Positions 40,147 through 49,082 of a stretch of DNA of 64,000 nt are shown here, piece after piece. Positions within the stretch are counted from its first letter, which is position 1. Every line of letters begins with the position of its first letter. Under the pieces are notes generated by a model, which was not told the DNA's origin, made no database searches, and saw nothing but the letters and a program-made list of their open reading frames with translations. Origin of the DNA: Patescibacteria group bacterium (GTDB lineage Bacteria; Patescibacteriota; Patescibacteriia; UBA1558; GWA2-36-10). The position numbers and the translations under genes were made by a program. Where the stretch lies: positions 907,377 to 971,376 of the forward strand of contig JAHJQF010000001.1 in assembly GCA_018819405.1 (NCBI GenBank), written 5' to 3'.

Positions 40147-41334
40147 TTACTTTAAAATTTTGGTTACTACAGCAGCACCAACAGTACGTCCGCCTTCGCG
40201 GATAGCAAACTTGGATTTTTCTTCCAAAGCTACTGGAGCTATCAATTTGATCTTCAAATTGATAGTATCTCCTGGCATAACCATCTCAGTACCTTCTGGT
40301 AATTCAACTTCACCGGTTACATCAGTAGTACGGATATAAAACTGTGGCTTGTATCCTTTGAAAAATGGAGTGTGACGTCCACCTTCTTCTTTACTCAAGA
40401 TATAAGCTTCAGCTTCAAATTCAGTGTGAGGAGTGATAGAACCTGGTTTGGCCAAAACTTGTCCACGTTGTATTTCATCTTTTTTGGTACCACGTAACAA
40501 AATTCCAGCATTGTCTCCTGCCCTACCTTCTTCCAACTGCTTATTAAACATCTCAATACCAGTAACAACAGTCTTGCTAGTGTCTTGTAGACCGACCATT
40601 TCAACTTCGTCATTTAGTTTGACAACTCCTCTTTCAATACGTCCGGTAACTACAGTACCACGACCTTCAATTGAAAAGATGTCTTCAATAGGCATTAAGA
40701 ATGCGTGTTCAGTATCACGTTTTGGTTCTGGGATATACTCATCCAAAGATTTGATCAAATCCAAAATTGGTTTTGAATCATCACCTGATGGATTTTCCAA
40801 GGCTTTCAAAGCGGTACCTCTGATAATTGGAGTTTCATCGCCTGGGAATTCATATTTCTTTAACAAATCTCTAATTTCTTCCTCAACTAGATCTACGAGT
40901 TCTGGATCATCAACTTGGTCCATTTTGTTCAAAAATACAACAATGTATGGGACACCAACCTGACGAGCAAGTAAAATATGTTCTCTAGTCTGAGGCATTG
41001 GACCATCAGCAGCTGATACTACCAAAATAGCACCATCCATCTGAGCGGCACCAGTAATCATGTTTTTGACATAGTCAGCGTGACCTGGACAGTCTACGTG
41101 AGCGTAATGTCTTTTTTCTGACTCATACTCAACATGAGCAGTGGCAATAGTAATACCACGTTCTCTTTCTTCAGGAGCATTATCAATCTGATCAACGTCC
41201 TTTTGCTGAGCAACACCACCATGAGCGGCTAATACCTTCAAAATGGCGGCAGTCAGGGTAGTTTTACCGTGGTCTACGTGACCAATAGTACCCACATTTA
41301 TGTGTGGCTTTTCTCTTTTAAAAGCTTCTGCCAT
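40147..41334 (-). CDS. tuf: elongation factor Tu (start at [18 protein letters not shown]-track start is an upstream TTG)
   Basis: [11 protein letters not shown]-loop. Full EF-Tu. Confidence 0.9.
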   Translation of the reverse strand: MAEAFKREKPHINVGTIGHVDHGKTTLTAAILKVLAAHGGVAQQKDVDQIDNAPEERERGITIATAHVEYESEKRHYAHVDCPGHADYVKNMITGAAQMDGAILVVSAADGPMPQTREHILLARQVGVPYIVVFLNKMDQVDDPELVDLVEEEIRDLLKKYEFPGDETPIIRGTALKALENPSGDDSKPILDLIKSLDEYIPEPKRDTEHAFLMPIEDIFSIEGRGTVVTGRIERGVVKLNDEVEMVGLQDTSKTVVTGIEMFNKQLEEGRAGDNAGILLRGTKKDEIQRGQVLAKPGSITPHTEFEAEAYILSKEEGGRHTPFFKGYKPQFYIRTTDVTGEVELPEGTEMVMPGDTINLKIKLIAPVALEEKSKFAIREGGRTVGAAVVTKILK

Positions 41335-41435
41335 TTTTATTCTTTCTCCTATGATAGCCCCCCGCAAAAATGTGGGGTTTGTGAGCCAGCTATCTTGATT
41401 AAAATTACTTAATTATCGTTATTTAAAACACACAG

Positions 41436-41464
41436 ATTATAGCACTGTTTTTTGATTTTGGCAA
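41436..41464 (-). promoter_or_regulatory. sigma70-type promoter TTGCCA-17-TATAAT for tuf
   Basis: Direct read on the minus strand. Confidence 0.6.
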
Positions 41465-41521
41465 GCCCCTAAGCGCAGTATATCTATTTTTTTGTTATAT
41501 TGACTAATATTAGCAAAAAAA

Positions 41522-41887
41522 CTAGTCAACTGGCTCTATATAATACCTATCATCATCACCCACTGCTGACTTATCAACAGTAGTTTTGTCATCAGTATTT
41601 TCTGGCTTTTTTTCATCCTTTCTTAGAGTGTCCACACGGAAATTTTCCAGGCTATAGTCATCTAAGTGCTCTTGAGAAGCTTTCCAGACGGCAATGTCAC
41701 GATTTATCTTGTCCAAAAGCTCGTCTTCAGACAATCCTTTGACTGATGACGGACCAGCCAACAAAGCCTCATATTCTTTGACGGTCATGATTACATAGGG
41801 TTCATGGTTGTCTGACAAAACAATAACTTTGTCACCGGTTTTGGCCGCTAGTTCCAAAACTTTGTCTATTTGTTTGTAATTTGGCAT
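41522..41887 (-). CDS. hypothetical protein, N-terminal Phd/YefM-antitoxin-like fold, acidic C-terminus
   Basis: KVIVLSDNHEPYVIMTVKEYEALL resembles the YefM/Phd N-domain. Weak. Confidence 0.3.
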   Translation of the reverse strand: MPNYKQIDKVLELAAKTGDKVIVLSDNHEPYVIMTVKEYEALLAGPSSVKGLSEDELLDKINRDIAVWKASQEHLDDYSLENFRVDTLRKDEKKPENTDDKTTVDKSAVGDDDRYYIEPVD

Positions 41888-41894
41888 ATATTTT

Positions 41895-41972
41895 CAGTTT
41901 AAAGTTTGAAAGTTATAAAATTTAAAGTCATTTTTTCTACTTTTTAACTTTGAACTTTTTAACTTTTTACTG
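41895..41972. repeat. AT-rich AAAGTTT/AACTTT repeat element. Family with 29808-29845 and 32108-32186
   Basis: Direct read. Confidence 0.6.
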
Positions 41973-42025
41973 ATTAAAGTGCTAGTATTTTATAGTAAAA
42001 TTAAGGCTTTTGTCAAATTTTAATC

Positions 42026-42067
42026 TAACCTTCGAGGTTAGATTTAACCTCGAAGGTTGCTTTTTTC
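42026..42067 (+). terminator. hairpin AACCTTCGAGGTT-n6-AACCTCGAAGGTT plus T-run. Insulates the promoter at 42070
   Basis: Near-identical to the secY terminator at 28472-28516. Confidence 0.65.
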
Positions 42068-42069
42068 TA

Positions 42070-42098
42070 TTGACAAAATAATAAATATGTGATATAAT
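42070..42098 (+). promoter_or_regulatory. consensus sigma70 promoter TTGACA-17-TATAAT
   Basis: Perfect hexamers and spacing. Confidence 0.7.
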
Positions 42099-42324
42099 AT
42101 TACATTACTATAAAAAGTTCTTTAAAAGTGGGATTTCCCAGGTACAAACTTGGAGGTTGGAGAGCAGATAAACTAGCTAGATTTTATTGGGTCTCTACTC
42201 AACAATTTCAGCCTAATTATCTGGTCTAAGCTGGCTTCGGCCAAAAGCTAGACATCTCTCCTCCAAATTTGTGCCTGGAAAAATACTCCTGGTACAGCTC
42301 AACCCATCCAAGGAAGGAAACGCC

Positions 42325-42471
42325 ATGTTGGTACTGGCTTACTGCCTCTGCAAGCAGGCTCCCCGAGCCGCGGCCAAGGTCTCCTACCTGATGCTCTGCA
42401 CCATGGTCGGCCCGACCCTGATTCTCCTGTCCGCCATGATCGCAGGGATGATCTACTCCCTGCACCTCTAA
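42325..42471 (+). CDS. 48-aa hydrophobic Cys-rich peptide (MLVLAYCLCKQAPRAAAKVSYLMLCTMVGPTLILLSAMIAGMIYSLHL) with strong SD AAGGAAGGAAA
   Basis: SD 6 nt upstream. One predicted TM helix. GC-rich codons. Confidence 0.4.
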   Translation: MLVLAYCLCKQAPRAAAKVSYLMLCTMVGPTLILLSAMIAGMIYSLHL

Positions 42472-42586
42472 AGATCTGAACACAACACCAACACCCGCCA
42501 GGATCCCACCTTTCAAAGACCTATCTCGAATAGGCCCCCTCCTAAGTCTATAAAAAATTATAGATTTGGGAGGGATATAATAAGGC

Positions 42587-42625
42587 CCGGTAATTATTTA
42601 CCGGTCTTTATTTTATTTTTAAAAA
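42587..42625 (+). terminator. intrinsic terminator CCGGTAA ttat TTACCGG plus long T-run
   Basis: Direct read. Confidence 0.75.
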
Positions 42626-42678
42626 AATATATAATAAAATTAGTTCTTTCCACCACCCACACCTGAGGAGGTGAAACC

Positions 42679-42879
42679 ATGCTGGGCATAAAACAAAAAC
42701 AATGTTTAATCGAAGGCCTGACAAGGCAAATCCGAGAAATTCGTATCAAAAAAATAACTAATCCAGTACAGATAGAAAAAATTATCCTGTACGCTATGCA
42801 AATGCGCCGAGAAAATATAATAAATGATTTCCAAGAAATCGGCACAACCAACGCTGAATTATTATCCTGGCTACCCTAA
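42679..42879 (+). CDS. 66-aa hypothetical protein with strong SD (GAGGAGGTGA)
   Basis: SD. Followed by the terminator at 42922-42962. Confidence 0.5.
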   Translation: MLGIKQKQCLIEGLTRQIREIRIKKITNPVQIEKIILYAMQMRRENIINDFQEIGTTNAELLSWLP

Positions 42880-42921
42880 GGAGAAAGGCCTAAACATGTT
42901 ACCAACAACCTAAAACCACCT

Positions 42922-42962
42922 ACTTCACGGAAGATTGGGTGGTTTTATATTTGAAGATATCT
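42922..42962 (+). terminator. intrinsic terminator AAAACCACC...GGTGGTTTT plus T-run
   Basis: Direct read. Confidence 0.7.
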
Positions 42963-42984
42963 TAAATAAAATAACTTTTATTAG

Positions 42985-43013
42985 TTGACAAAAACTATAC
43001 AATATACTATGAT
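42985..43013 (+). promoter_or_regulatory. sigma70 promoter TTGACA-17-TATGAT. Downstream near-palindrome TGTCAATTGATA in the leader
   Basis: Direct read. Confidence 0.6.
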
Positions 43014-43069
43014 AACTCTCTGTAATGTTCCCTGTCAATTGATAACCTCAGACTCAAAGGAGTGAGTTC

Positions 43070-43480
43070 ATGCCACTTGAATTTCAGCTTTTGTCACTGA
43101 TTGAGCTACGCCAATACGTGGCTCAGCTCAACGAAAATTCTCATCCCGGGTTTGTGTTTCGTATCTTGGTACAGTGTCTGTGCCAGATAAAGGCCGGTGC
43201 TTGCTGGCCACAAATTGGCACGACCCAAGTCGACATGCAGACGCTGATGCGCGTCTGTCACAAAAACCAGGTGAGACGTGAACTTCAGGCCATCCTGGCC
43301 AAAAATGAGTACACACCGCTGAATTTTGATGACGCGGAAAAACTGAGCTGCATCATGGAGGAGATCCAGCAATGTCACATCAATTGGAATGATCTTCCTG
43401 TATCTGAGAATGTATTGAGACAAATCATCAATATGGCCGCTTGCGGCTATGAACACTGCAATCAGCAAAAAATGGCCTGA
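43070..43480 (+). CDS. 136-aa Cys-rich hypothetical protein (about 50% GC), SD AAGGAG
   Basis: Good RBS. Own promoter and terminator. No recognisable domain. Confidence 0.55.
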   Translation: MPLEFQLLSLIELRQYVAQLNENSHPGFVFRILVQCLCQIKAGACWPQIGTTQVDMQTLMRVCHKNQVRRELQAILAKNEYTPLNFDDAEKLSCIMEEIQQCHINWNDLPVSENVLRQIINMAACGYEHCNQQKMA

Positions 43481-43482
43481 GT

Positions 43483-43530
43483 CTCGCCCCGCCGAACGCT
43501 ATCAAGCGTGAGGCGGGGTTTCTTTTTTAT
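43483..43530 (+). terminator. intrinsic terminator CTCGCCCCGCC...GGCGGGGTTTCTTTTTTATTTT
   Basis: Direct read. Confidence 0.8.
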
Positions 43531-43689
43531 TTTAATTTTTGAGTAAAGACTTTTTGTAATACTTTTCAAAATTACTTTCAGCAAAAAAATCCCAGCCTCT
43601 TAGCCATATTTTTATTTTTCTTTTTAGCATAAACATATATTTTAATTAGCTATAATATACAACGAAAAAATAAAATAAAAGTAACAAAA

Positions 43690-43713
43690 AAGGAGCGGAC
43701 TGATGCCCGCTCC
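43690..43713 (-). terminator. terminator hairpin GGAGCGG..CCGCTCC plus T-run (minus strand) after cdd
   Basis: Direct read. Confidence 0.6.
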
Positions 43714-43724
43714 CGACCGAATCC

Positions 43725-44237
43725 TCACCTGAGGGTGAAAACATGAGGCAAAAGCACCCCGATACTTGCCCGAAAAACAAAGCCCTCGGTGTTGACCGAC
43801 AGAATCGGCACTCTATTGTCGCCGTTGCAGTGCTCGCTGATAATCTGACGACAATCGCCACATGATGTGACCATACTACTGACATTAATCTTGCCCAGAT
43901 CAATGTCTTTGGGTGTCAGATTGAACTCACGATCAGCAGTCGCACCAGCCAAAACCAACATCCTAATATTGAGTTGTCCGCTGACTACCATGGCCGCTAG
44001 AGCTGAACGCTCGGCATGAGTGACTTTGTAGTGGGCGTACTCCACATTGCATCCGTAAAAAACGACGTTACTCTGACTGACCAGAGCACAGCCCACCTTG
44101 AAACCGGAATACGGAGCATAGGCATTACGCCTAGCATTGATAGCCTGCTGAACCAGGCCACGCCCGTCTGCTGACGACATGTCAGAAAAATGGAAAATTT
44201 CCACATCCCCGACCCGATGAATCTTGCTTGCCTGCAT
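43725..44237 (-). CDS. cdd: cytidine deaminase (start at MQASKIHRV with SD GAGGAGG)
   Basis: NAYAPYSGFKVGCAL, GCNVEYAHY, HAERSAL, SCGDCRQII zinc-ligand motifs. About 50% GC. Confidence 0.8.
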   Translation of the reverse strand: MQASKIHRVGDVEIFHFSDMSSADGRGLVQQAINARRNAYAPYSGFKVGCALVSQSNVVFYGCNVEYAHYKVTHAERSALAAMVVSGQLNIRMLVLAGATADREFNLTPKDIDLGKINVSSMVTSCGDCRQIISEHCNGDNRVPILSVNTEGFVFRASIGVLLPHVFTLR

Positions 44238-44320
44238 GACTAGCCTCCTCGTTTGTGCCATATACCTCTGGACAGAACTAAACTGGCTATAAATTAGCAA
44301 TAAAATATTTTTCTGTCAAA

Positions 44321-44349
44321 CCGCGTTAGAAAAATTTTTTCTAACGCGG
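44321..44349. repeat. palindrome CCGCGTTAGAAAAA/TTTTTTCTAACGCGG (CCCGTTAGAAAT-family variant)
   Basis: Direct read. Confidence 0.7.
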
Positions 44350-44350
44350 T

Positions 44351-44405
44351 AAACAAAAAACCCAGTCCTTCCTGCCTACCGATAGGCAAAGCACGAAGAA
44401 CTGGG
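44351..44405 (-). terminator. fusA terminator (CCCAGTCCTTC...GAAGAACTGGG plus U-run on minus strand)
   Basis: Direct read. Confidence 0.7.
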
Positions 44406-44419
44406 TAAATTTATATAAT

Positions 44420-46513
44420 CTAATTTTTCTTAATTATCTCTTCAGCAACATTGTGAGGCACCTGAGCATATTTTTTGAACTCCATAGAATAACTAGCTCG
44501 TCCCTGAGTCATAGATCTTAGAGCGGTAGCATAACCAAACATCTCAGATAGTGGCACTTCGGCATCAATAACCTTGGCACCAGCTCTATCGCTCATTTCA
44601 TGAACCTGTCCTCTCTTGGAATTCAAATCACCAATCACATCGCCCATGTATTGTTCGGGAGTGACTACTTCTACCGCCATGACTGGCTCTAAAATAACCG
44701 GGGTAGCTTTTTTGAAAGCTTCTTTAAAAGCCATTGAACCAGCTACTTTAAAAGCAGCTTCAGAAGAGTCAACATCATGGTAACTTCCATCATAAACAGC
44801 TACTTTAACATCTTGTATTTGATAACCAGCCAATATTCCGTTGTCCATGGTTTCTTTGATACCTTTTTCAATAGCCGGAATATATTCTTTTGGAATAACG
44901 CCACCTTTGATTTCTTCTTCAAACTCAAATCCAGTACCTCTTTCAAGTGGTTCCAATCTCAACCAACAATGACCATACTGACCACGACCACCAGATTGTT
45001 TGATATATTTTCCTTCTGCCTCGGCAGTAGCCGTAATGGTTTCTTTGTAAGCGACTTGTGGGGCACCGACATTGGCCTCAACCGAAAACTCACGCTTCAT
45101 ACGATCCACAATAATATCCAAATGAAGCTCTCCCATACCACCAATAATAGTTTGATTTGTTTCTTCATCTGATCGGACAGTAAAGGTTGGGTCTTCTTCG
45201 GCTAATTTTGCCAGAGCCATACCCATCTTTTCTTGATCAGCTTTGGTTTTTGGTTCAACTGCCACATGAATAACTGGTTCTGGGAAATCCATACTTTCAA
45301 GGACTACTTCTCTTTTTTCATCACAAAGAGTCTGACCAGTAGTTGTATCTTTTAGGCCAACAACAGCTACGATATCACCAGTAAATATTTCAGATACTTC
45401 TTCACGAGAGTTGGCGTGCATTCTAAGAATTCTTCCAATCCTCTCTCTTTTCTCGGTATTGGCATTAAAAACATAAGAGCCGGATTTTAATGTACCAGAA
45501 TAAACTCTTACAAAAGTCAGTTTACCAACATAAGGATCAGTCGCCACTTTAAAAGCCAAACCTACAAAAGGATCCTCATCTTTAGCCAAGACCGTGATAT
45601 GATTTTCTTCATTTCTTGGTTCGTGTCCGACAATTTCTGGTACATCAAGTGGAGATGGTAAATACGCAACAATGGCATCTAGCAAAAACTGAACTCCTTT
45701 GTTTTTTAAAGCTGAACCGACAAAAACTGGCACAATCTTGTTGCCAATAACGGCCTGTCTCAAAACTTTTTTCAAATCTTCAATAGCTGGTTCTTCTCCG
45801 CCAAGATATTTTTCCATCAAGGCTTCATCGTTTTCTACAATCGCTTCAATAAGTTTTCCACGGAATTCTTCTACCTTATCTTTCATGTCAGCTGGTACTT
45901 CACGTTTTTCAAATTGTTTACCGTCTTCATCAAGATAATACCAAGCTTCTCTTTCTAAAAGATTGATAATGCCTTCAAAAGTTTCAGCTGCTCCAATTGG
46001 CAACTGCATTGGATGGGCAGATTTTGTCAATCTATCATGAATAGTTTTTAAATCATAATAAAAATCCGCACCCATTCTATCCATCTTGTTTACAAAGGCT
46101 AGGCGGGGCACATGATATTTGTCAGCCTGTCTCCAGACAGTCTCCGACTGTGGTTCTACTCCAGCTACTCCATCAAAAACAATCACACCACCATCAAGCA
46201 CGCGCAATGATCTTTCTACTTCTACAGTAAAATCTACGTGACCTGGGGTATCAATAATATTGATATTGGCTTTGTCACCACCCAACCAGTCAGGTAAATT
46301 CCAAAAACAAGTAGTCGCGGCAGAAGTAATGGTAATACCTCTTTCCTTTTCCTGTTCCATCCAATCCATTTCAGCTTGCCCTTCATGGACTTCACCGATT
46401 TTATGTTTTTTTCCTGTATAAAAAAGAATACGCTCCGTCACGGTAGTCTTACCAGCATCAATATGAGCAATAATTCCAATGTTTCTTATTTTTTCAAGTG
46501 GATGTCGAGGCAT
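44420..46513 (-). CDS. fusA: elongation factor G
   Basis: AHIDAGKTT, full-length EF-G. Confidence 0.95.
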   Translation of the reverse strand: MPRHPLEKIRNIGIIAHIDAGKTTVTERILFYTGKKHKIGEVHEGQAEMDWMEQEKERGITITSAATTCFWNLPDWLGGDKANINIIDTPGHVDFTVEVERSLRVLDGGVIVFDGVAGVEPQSETVWRQADKYHVPRLAFVNKMDRMGADFYYDLKTIHDRLTKSAHPMQLPIGAAETFEGIINLLEREAWYYLDEDGKQFEKREVPADMKDKVEEFRGKLIEAIVENDEALMEKYLGGEEPAIEDLKKVLRQAVIGNKIVPVFVGSALKNKGVQFLLDAIVAYLPSPLDVPEIVGHEPRNEENHITVLAKDEDPFVGLAFKVATDPYVGKLTFVRVYSGTLKSGSYVFNANTEKRERIGRILRMHANSREEVSEIFTGDIVAVVGLKDTTTGQTLCDEKREVVLESMDFPEPVIHVAVEPKTKADQEKMGMALAKLAEEDPTFTVRSDEETNQTIIGGMGELHLDIIVDRMKREFSVEANVGAPQVAYKETITATAEAEGKYIKQSGGRGQYGHCWLRLEPLERGTGFEFEEEIKGGVIPKEYIPAIEKGIKETMDNGILAGYQIQDVKVAVYDGSYHDVDSSEAAFKVAGSMAFKEAFKKATPVILEPVMAVEVVTPEQYMGDVIGDLNSKRGQVHEMSDRAGAKVIDAEVPLSEMFGYATALRSMTQGRASYSMEFKKYAQVPHNVAEEIIKKN

Positions 46514-46587
46514 AGTTTTGTTTACAACTTAGATTTTTTAAAAAATAAAAGGCGGCTAAAGCGCCTAATATTTAAATTAATAACTGT

Positions 46588-47052
46588 TTAGGCGAAGTGA
46601 GCAAAAGCTTTGTTTGATTCGGCCATACGTTGCACATCTTCACGTTTTTTCATAGCAGCACCCTCACCGCCGGCAGCAGCAATAAGCTCTTCACCTAAGC
46701 GGACAGCCATGGAAGCTCCTTTTCTAGCTTTGGCAGCTTCAATGAGCCAACGATGTGCTAAAGTCATTTTTCTATCGCCAGTCACTACTATTGGTACTTG
46801 ATAGTTAGCGCCACCAATACGCTTACCTTTTACTTCTAGGTTTGGGGAAATATTTCTAATAGCAGCATCATAAATAGCTATAGGGTCTTGTTTGGTTTTT
46901 TTTGATATATGTTCAAAAGCTCCATAAACTACTTTTTGAGCTGTGGTTTTTTTACCACGTTCCATGATCTTGTTTATCAGCTTGGCAATATCTAATCTCT
47001 GAAATTTTGGATCTGGATTGATAGGTCTTTTTGGTGCTGGTTTTCCTCTCAT
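46588..47052 (-). CDS. rpsG: 30S ribosomal protein S7
   Basis: Sequence. Confidence 0.9.
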   Translation of the reverse strand: MRGKPAPKRPINPDPKFQRLDIAKLINKIMERGKKTTAQKVVYGAFEHISKKTKQDPIAIYDAAIRNISPNLEVKGKRIGGANYQVPIVVTGDRKMTLAHRWLIEAAKARKGASMAVRLGEELIAAAGGEGAAMKKREDVQRMAESNKAFAHFA

Positions 47053-47083
47053 AATTTTATAATGATTTTATCAAAATATTAAT

Positions 47084-47512
47084 TTATTTTTTAGCTGCTC
47101 TTTCTCTTTTGGCGCCATAAATTGAGCGACCTTGCTTTCTATTGGCTACGCCCTGAGTATCAAAAATACCACGAACAATATGATAACGGACACCTGGCAA
47201 ATCTTTTACCCTACCGCCGCGAATCATAACAATACTGTGCTCCTGCAAATTGTGGCCTTCACCTGGAATATAAGCAGTCACTTCCATACCATTTGACAAT
47301 CTAACCCTGGCAATTTTTCGAAGAGCTGAGTTTGGTTTCTTAGGTGTTGTGGTAGTAACTTTTAAACATACTCCACGTTTAAAAGGAGAGCCTTGTGGCA
47401 TTTCTCTTTTTCTTCTTTTCAAACTATTTAAAACAGTTTTTAAAGCCGGGGTAGTGCCCTTGGCCTTTTGCTGTTTTCTAGGTTTTTTGATTAATTGATT
47501 TACTGTTGGCAT
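47084..47512 (-). CDS. rpsL: 30S ribosomal protein S12
   Basis: [14 protein letters not shown]. Confidence 0.95.
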   Translation of the reverse strand: MPTVNQLIKKPRKQQKAKGTTPALKTVLNSLKRRKREMPQGSPFKRGVCLKVTTTTPKKPNSALRKIARVRLSNGMEVTAYIPGEGHNLQEHSIVMIRGGRVKDLPGVRYHIVRGIFDTQGVANRKQGRSIYGAKRERAAKK

Positions 47513-47546
47513 ATTTAACTTAAAAAATAAAAAATACGACTGTTCT

Positions 47547-47576
47547 TCCCGCGTAGCGGGATCCCGCTACGCGGGA
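47547..47576. promoter_or_regulatory. perfect 30-bp GC palindrome TCCCGCGTAGCGGGA|TCCCGCTACGCGGGA in the rpsL leader, followed by a U-run on the mRNA strand (attenuator/terminator or operator)
   Basis: Direct read. Confidence 0.6.
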
Positions 47577-47638
47577 AAAGTCCCCAATAAAATAGCATAA
47601 AAAAATATATAAGTCAAGAATAATAGCCAAAATTAATA

Positions 47639-47681
47639 CCCCTCCCCCTTAGATTTTGTGAATCTTTGGAGGAGGGGCGGG
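47639..47681 (-). terminator. hairpin CCCCTCCCCC...GGAGGAGGGG after the GC-rich lipoprotein gene
   Basis: Direct read, one mismatch. Confidence 0.5.
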
Positions 47682-47706
47682 TTTCAGGCCCTAATGAGAG
47701 ACCTGA

Positions 47707-48360
47707 CTAGTCGATCAGGACGTAGTCGGTGATGTCGCCGTTGTAGACATCGCGGACCTTGATATTGTCCTCATCCCAGGCTCCGACAAAGGTCGGAGGC
47801 GTGCCGAACTGAGTGTTGTTGCGCACTTCAAACCAGGCGTACTCGCCGCGAGTAGTCCAGGTCGGGTAATCCCCTCCGATCTTGACGTGATCACCGAATG
47901 GCACACCATTCGATTCTCCCGTGTAGCCCCAAGGATAGCCCGGCTCAGTGCTGTAGACAGCCCCTAAACCACTGTCGACGAGAGTCCAGCCATTGACATC
48001 GCTGGTGGTCACGGTGAAAGGTAGCTGGTAGCCCCGAGCTTCGCCAGAAGGATAGACCTTCTGGTAAAACATCACTGCCCAGTAGCCAGTGGCGTAACCG
48101 TAGGGCGAACGGGAGCGAGTCAGAATGATTGTGTCAGGATCGGCAGTTTTCAGAACGGACTGAATACCCTGCCAGGTCGAACTGTCCTCCGCACTCCGAG
48201 AGGCCACGTTCATGACATCCTCGAAGCCGCCGCTCTGGTTGGTCGCGTTGACCTGATCGACGATCGAGGTCTCCGGAGCCGTGGTCTGGTCCATGTTGCT
48301 GCAGCCGGTCAGCCAGGCGAGGCAAACCAGCATTAAAGTGATTGCGATGATTCGCTTCAT
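47707..48360 (-). CDS. GC-rich (about 58%) lipoprotein (lipobox LTGCS), unknown function
   Basis: Signal peptide MKRIIAITLMLVCLAWLTGCSN. Protein-like composition. GC content strongly atypical for the genome. Confidence 0.6.
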   Translation of the reverse strand: MKRIIAITLMLVCLAWLTGCSNMDQTTAPETSIVDQVNATNQSGGFEDVMNVASRSAEDSSTWQGIQSVLKTADPDTIILTRSRSPYGYATGYWAVMFYQKVYPSGEARGYQLPFTVTTSDVNGWTLVDSGLGAVYSTEPGYPWGYTGESNGVPFGDHVKIGGDYPTWTTRGEYAWFEVRNNTQFGTPPTFVGAWDEDNIKVRDVYNGDITDYVLID

Positions 48361-48640
48361 GGTTAGACTTCTCCTTGTCTCAGATACAATAGTTTTGCCT
48401 CATTGAGGCGCTTCGAAAAACTGCAGGTGTGAATACACTGCTGTTCATGCTCTTACGGGTAGCGCAACCCCCCTTAACGCTTTTTAACTCCTTTACAAGG
48501 CAAATCAATTTCCATGTTCAAGGCAAGTTGTCGAGCAAAAGTTGCGTGAAATCTATAAATTAATCCTGTGACCAGGAAAAAATGCAACGAACTTTTACAA
48601 ACAATTATAAAAAATACACTAAAAATAAATTCTTGTCAAT

Positions 48641-48673
48641 AAAAAGAGCCCCCGCAGCATAAGCCGTGGGGGC
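48641..48673 (-). terminator. GC hairpin terminator (GCCCCCGCAGC...GCCGTGGGGGC plus U-run)
   Basis: Direct read. Confidence 0.6.
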
Positions 48674-48716
48674 CTGTCGATCACTCTACGACCACGTGAG
48701 GCCAATGCGGCCTGGG

Positions 48717-48827
48717 TCAGGCGATCGTCACCTCGCTCGCCGTCGTCTTCTTGACGGTCTTCTTCTTGGTAGCCTTCTTGGCGACCATCTTCATCTGCAT
48801 CTGGACACTGGGTCTTCGTCGATTCAT
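48717..48827 (-). CDS. 36-aa lysine-rich peptide MNRRRPSVQMQMKMVAKKATKKKTVKKTTASEVTIA with SD AAGGAGGA
   Basis: Strong SD 8 nt upstream. Flanked by terminators on both sides. The upstream 43 codons of the track ORF are AT-rich non-coding-like. Confidence 0.45.
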   Translation of the reverse strand: MNRRRPSVQMQMKMVAKKATKKKTVKKTTASEVTIA

Positions 48828-48929
48828 ATTGGGAATCCTCCTTATGGTATCACAATGACAGACAAATGTGCTGACTATGATAGCCAGCACGCGAGTATAT
48901 TTATAATAACATAAGCAAAAAAAACAAAC

Positions 48930-49006
48930 AATAAAAAAGAGCCCCCGCGGAAGCACCTCACTGGGCGCGATACTGAGATCGCGTGCAGAGGGTGCCCCGC
49001 GGGGGC
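48930..49006 (-). terminator. compound GC hairpin terminator (GCCCCCGCGG...CCGCGGGGGC) plus U-run
   Basis: Direct read. Confidence 0.6.
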
Positions 49007-49082
49007 CAGCAGCCTGATTGGCCAGCTTGGCGATGGGCGTATAGCCCGTGAAGACGCTGGCGACAGGCCGAAGCGCGTCACC

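Larger units (their letters stand above)
42105..42625 (+). ncRNA. candidate roughly 520-nt GC-rich structured transcript (about 55% GC in a 30% GC genome) with embedded 48-aa hydrophobic ORF. Type-I-toxin-like mRNA or novel ncRNA
   Basis: Promoter at 42070 and terminator at 42587-42625. UUCG-capped hairpin GUCUAAGCUGGCUUCGGCCAAAAGCUAGAC. Long-range pairs UUGGAGG..GAGAG/CUCUCCUCCAA. 5' GUGGGAU pairs with 3' AUCCCAC. 14-bp hairpin at 42537-42574. Confidence 0.35.

Noticed and set aside
41340-41400. Possible hairpin CCCCACATTTTTGCGGGGGG in the tuf 5' UTR
   Set aside because: The stem is imperfect (CCCCAC vs GCGGGG). It is likely just leader sequence, so it was not called as an attenuator.
42226-42516. 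Minus-strand 96-aa ORF and plus-strand 66-aa ORF 42271..42471 in the GC-rich transcript
   Set aside because: High-GC sequence produces long spurious ORFs. Only the 48-aa subframe starting at 42325 has an SD. The antisense ORF lacks any RBS.
43106-44206. Overlapping antisense ORFs (43106..43468, 43128..43316, 43646..43903, 43997..44206)
   Set aside because: They are antisense to the 136-aa gene or to cdd, which have SDs, promoters and terminators. The antisense ORFs are typical GC-rich shadows.
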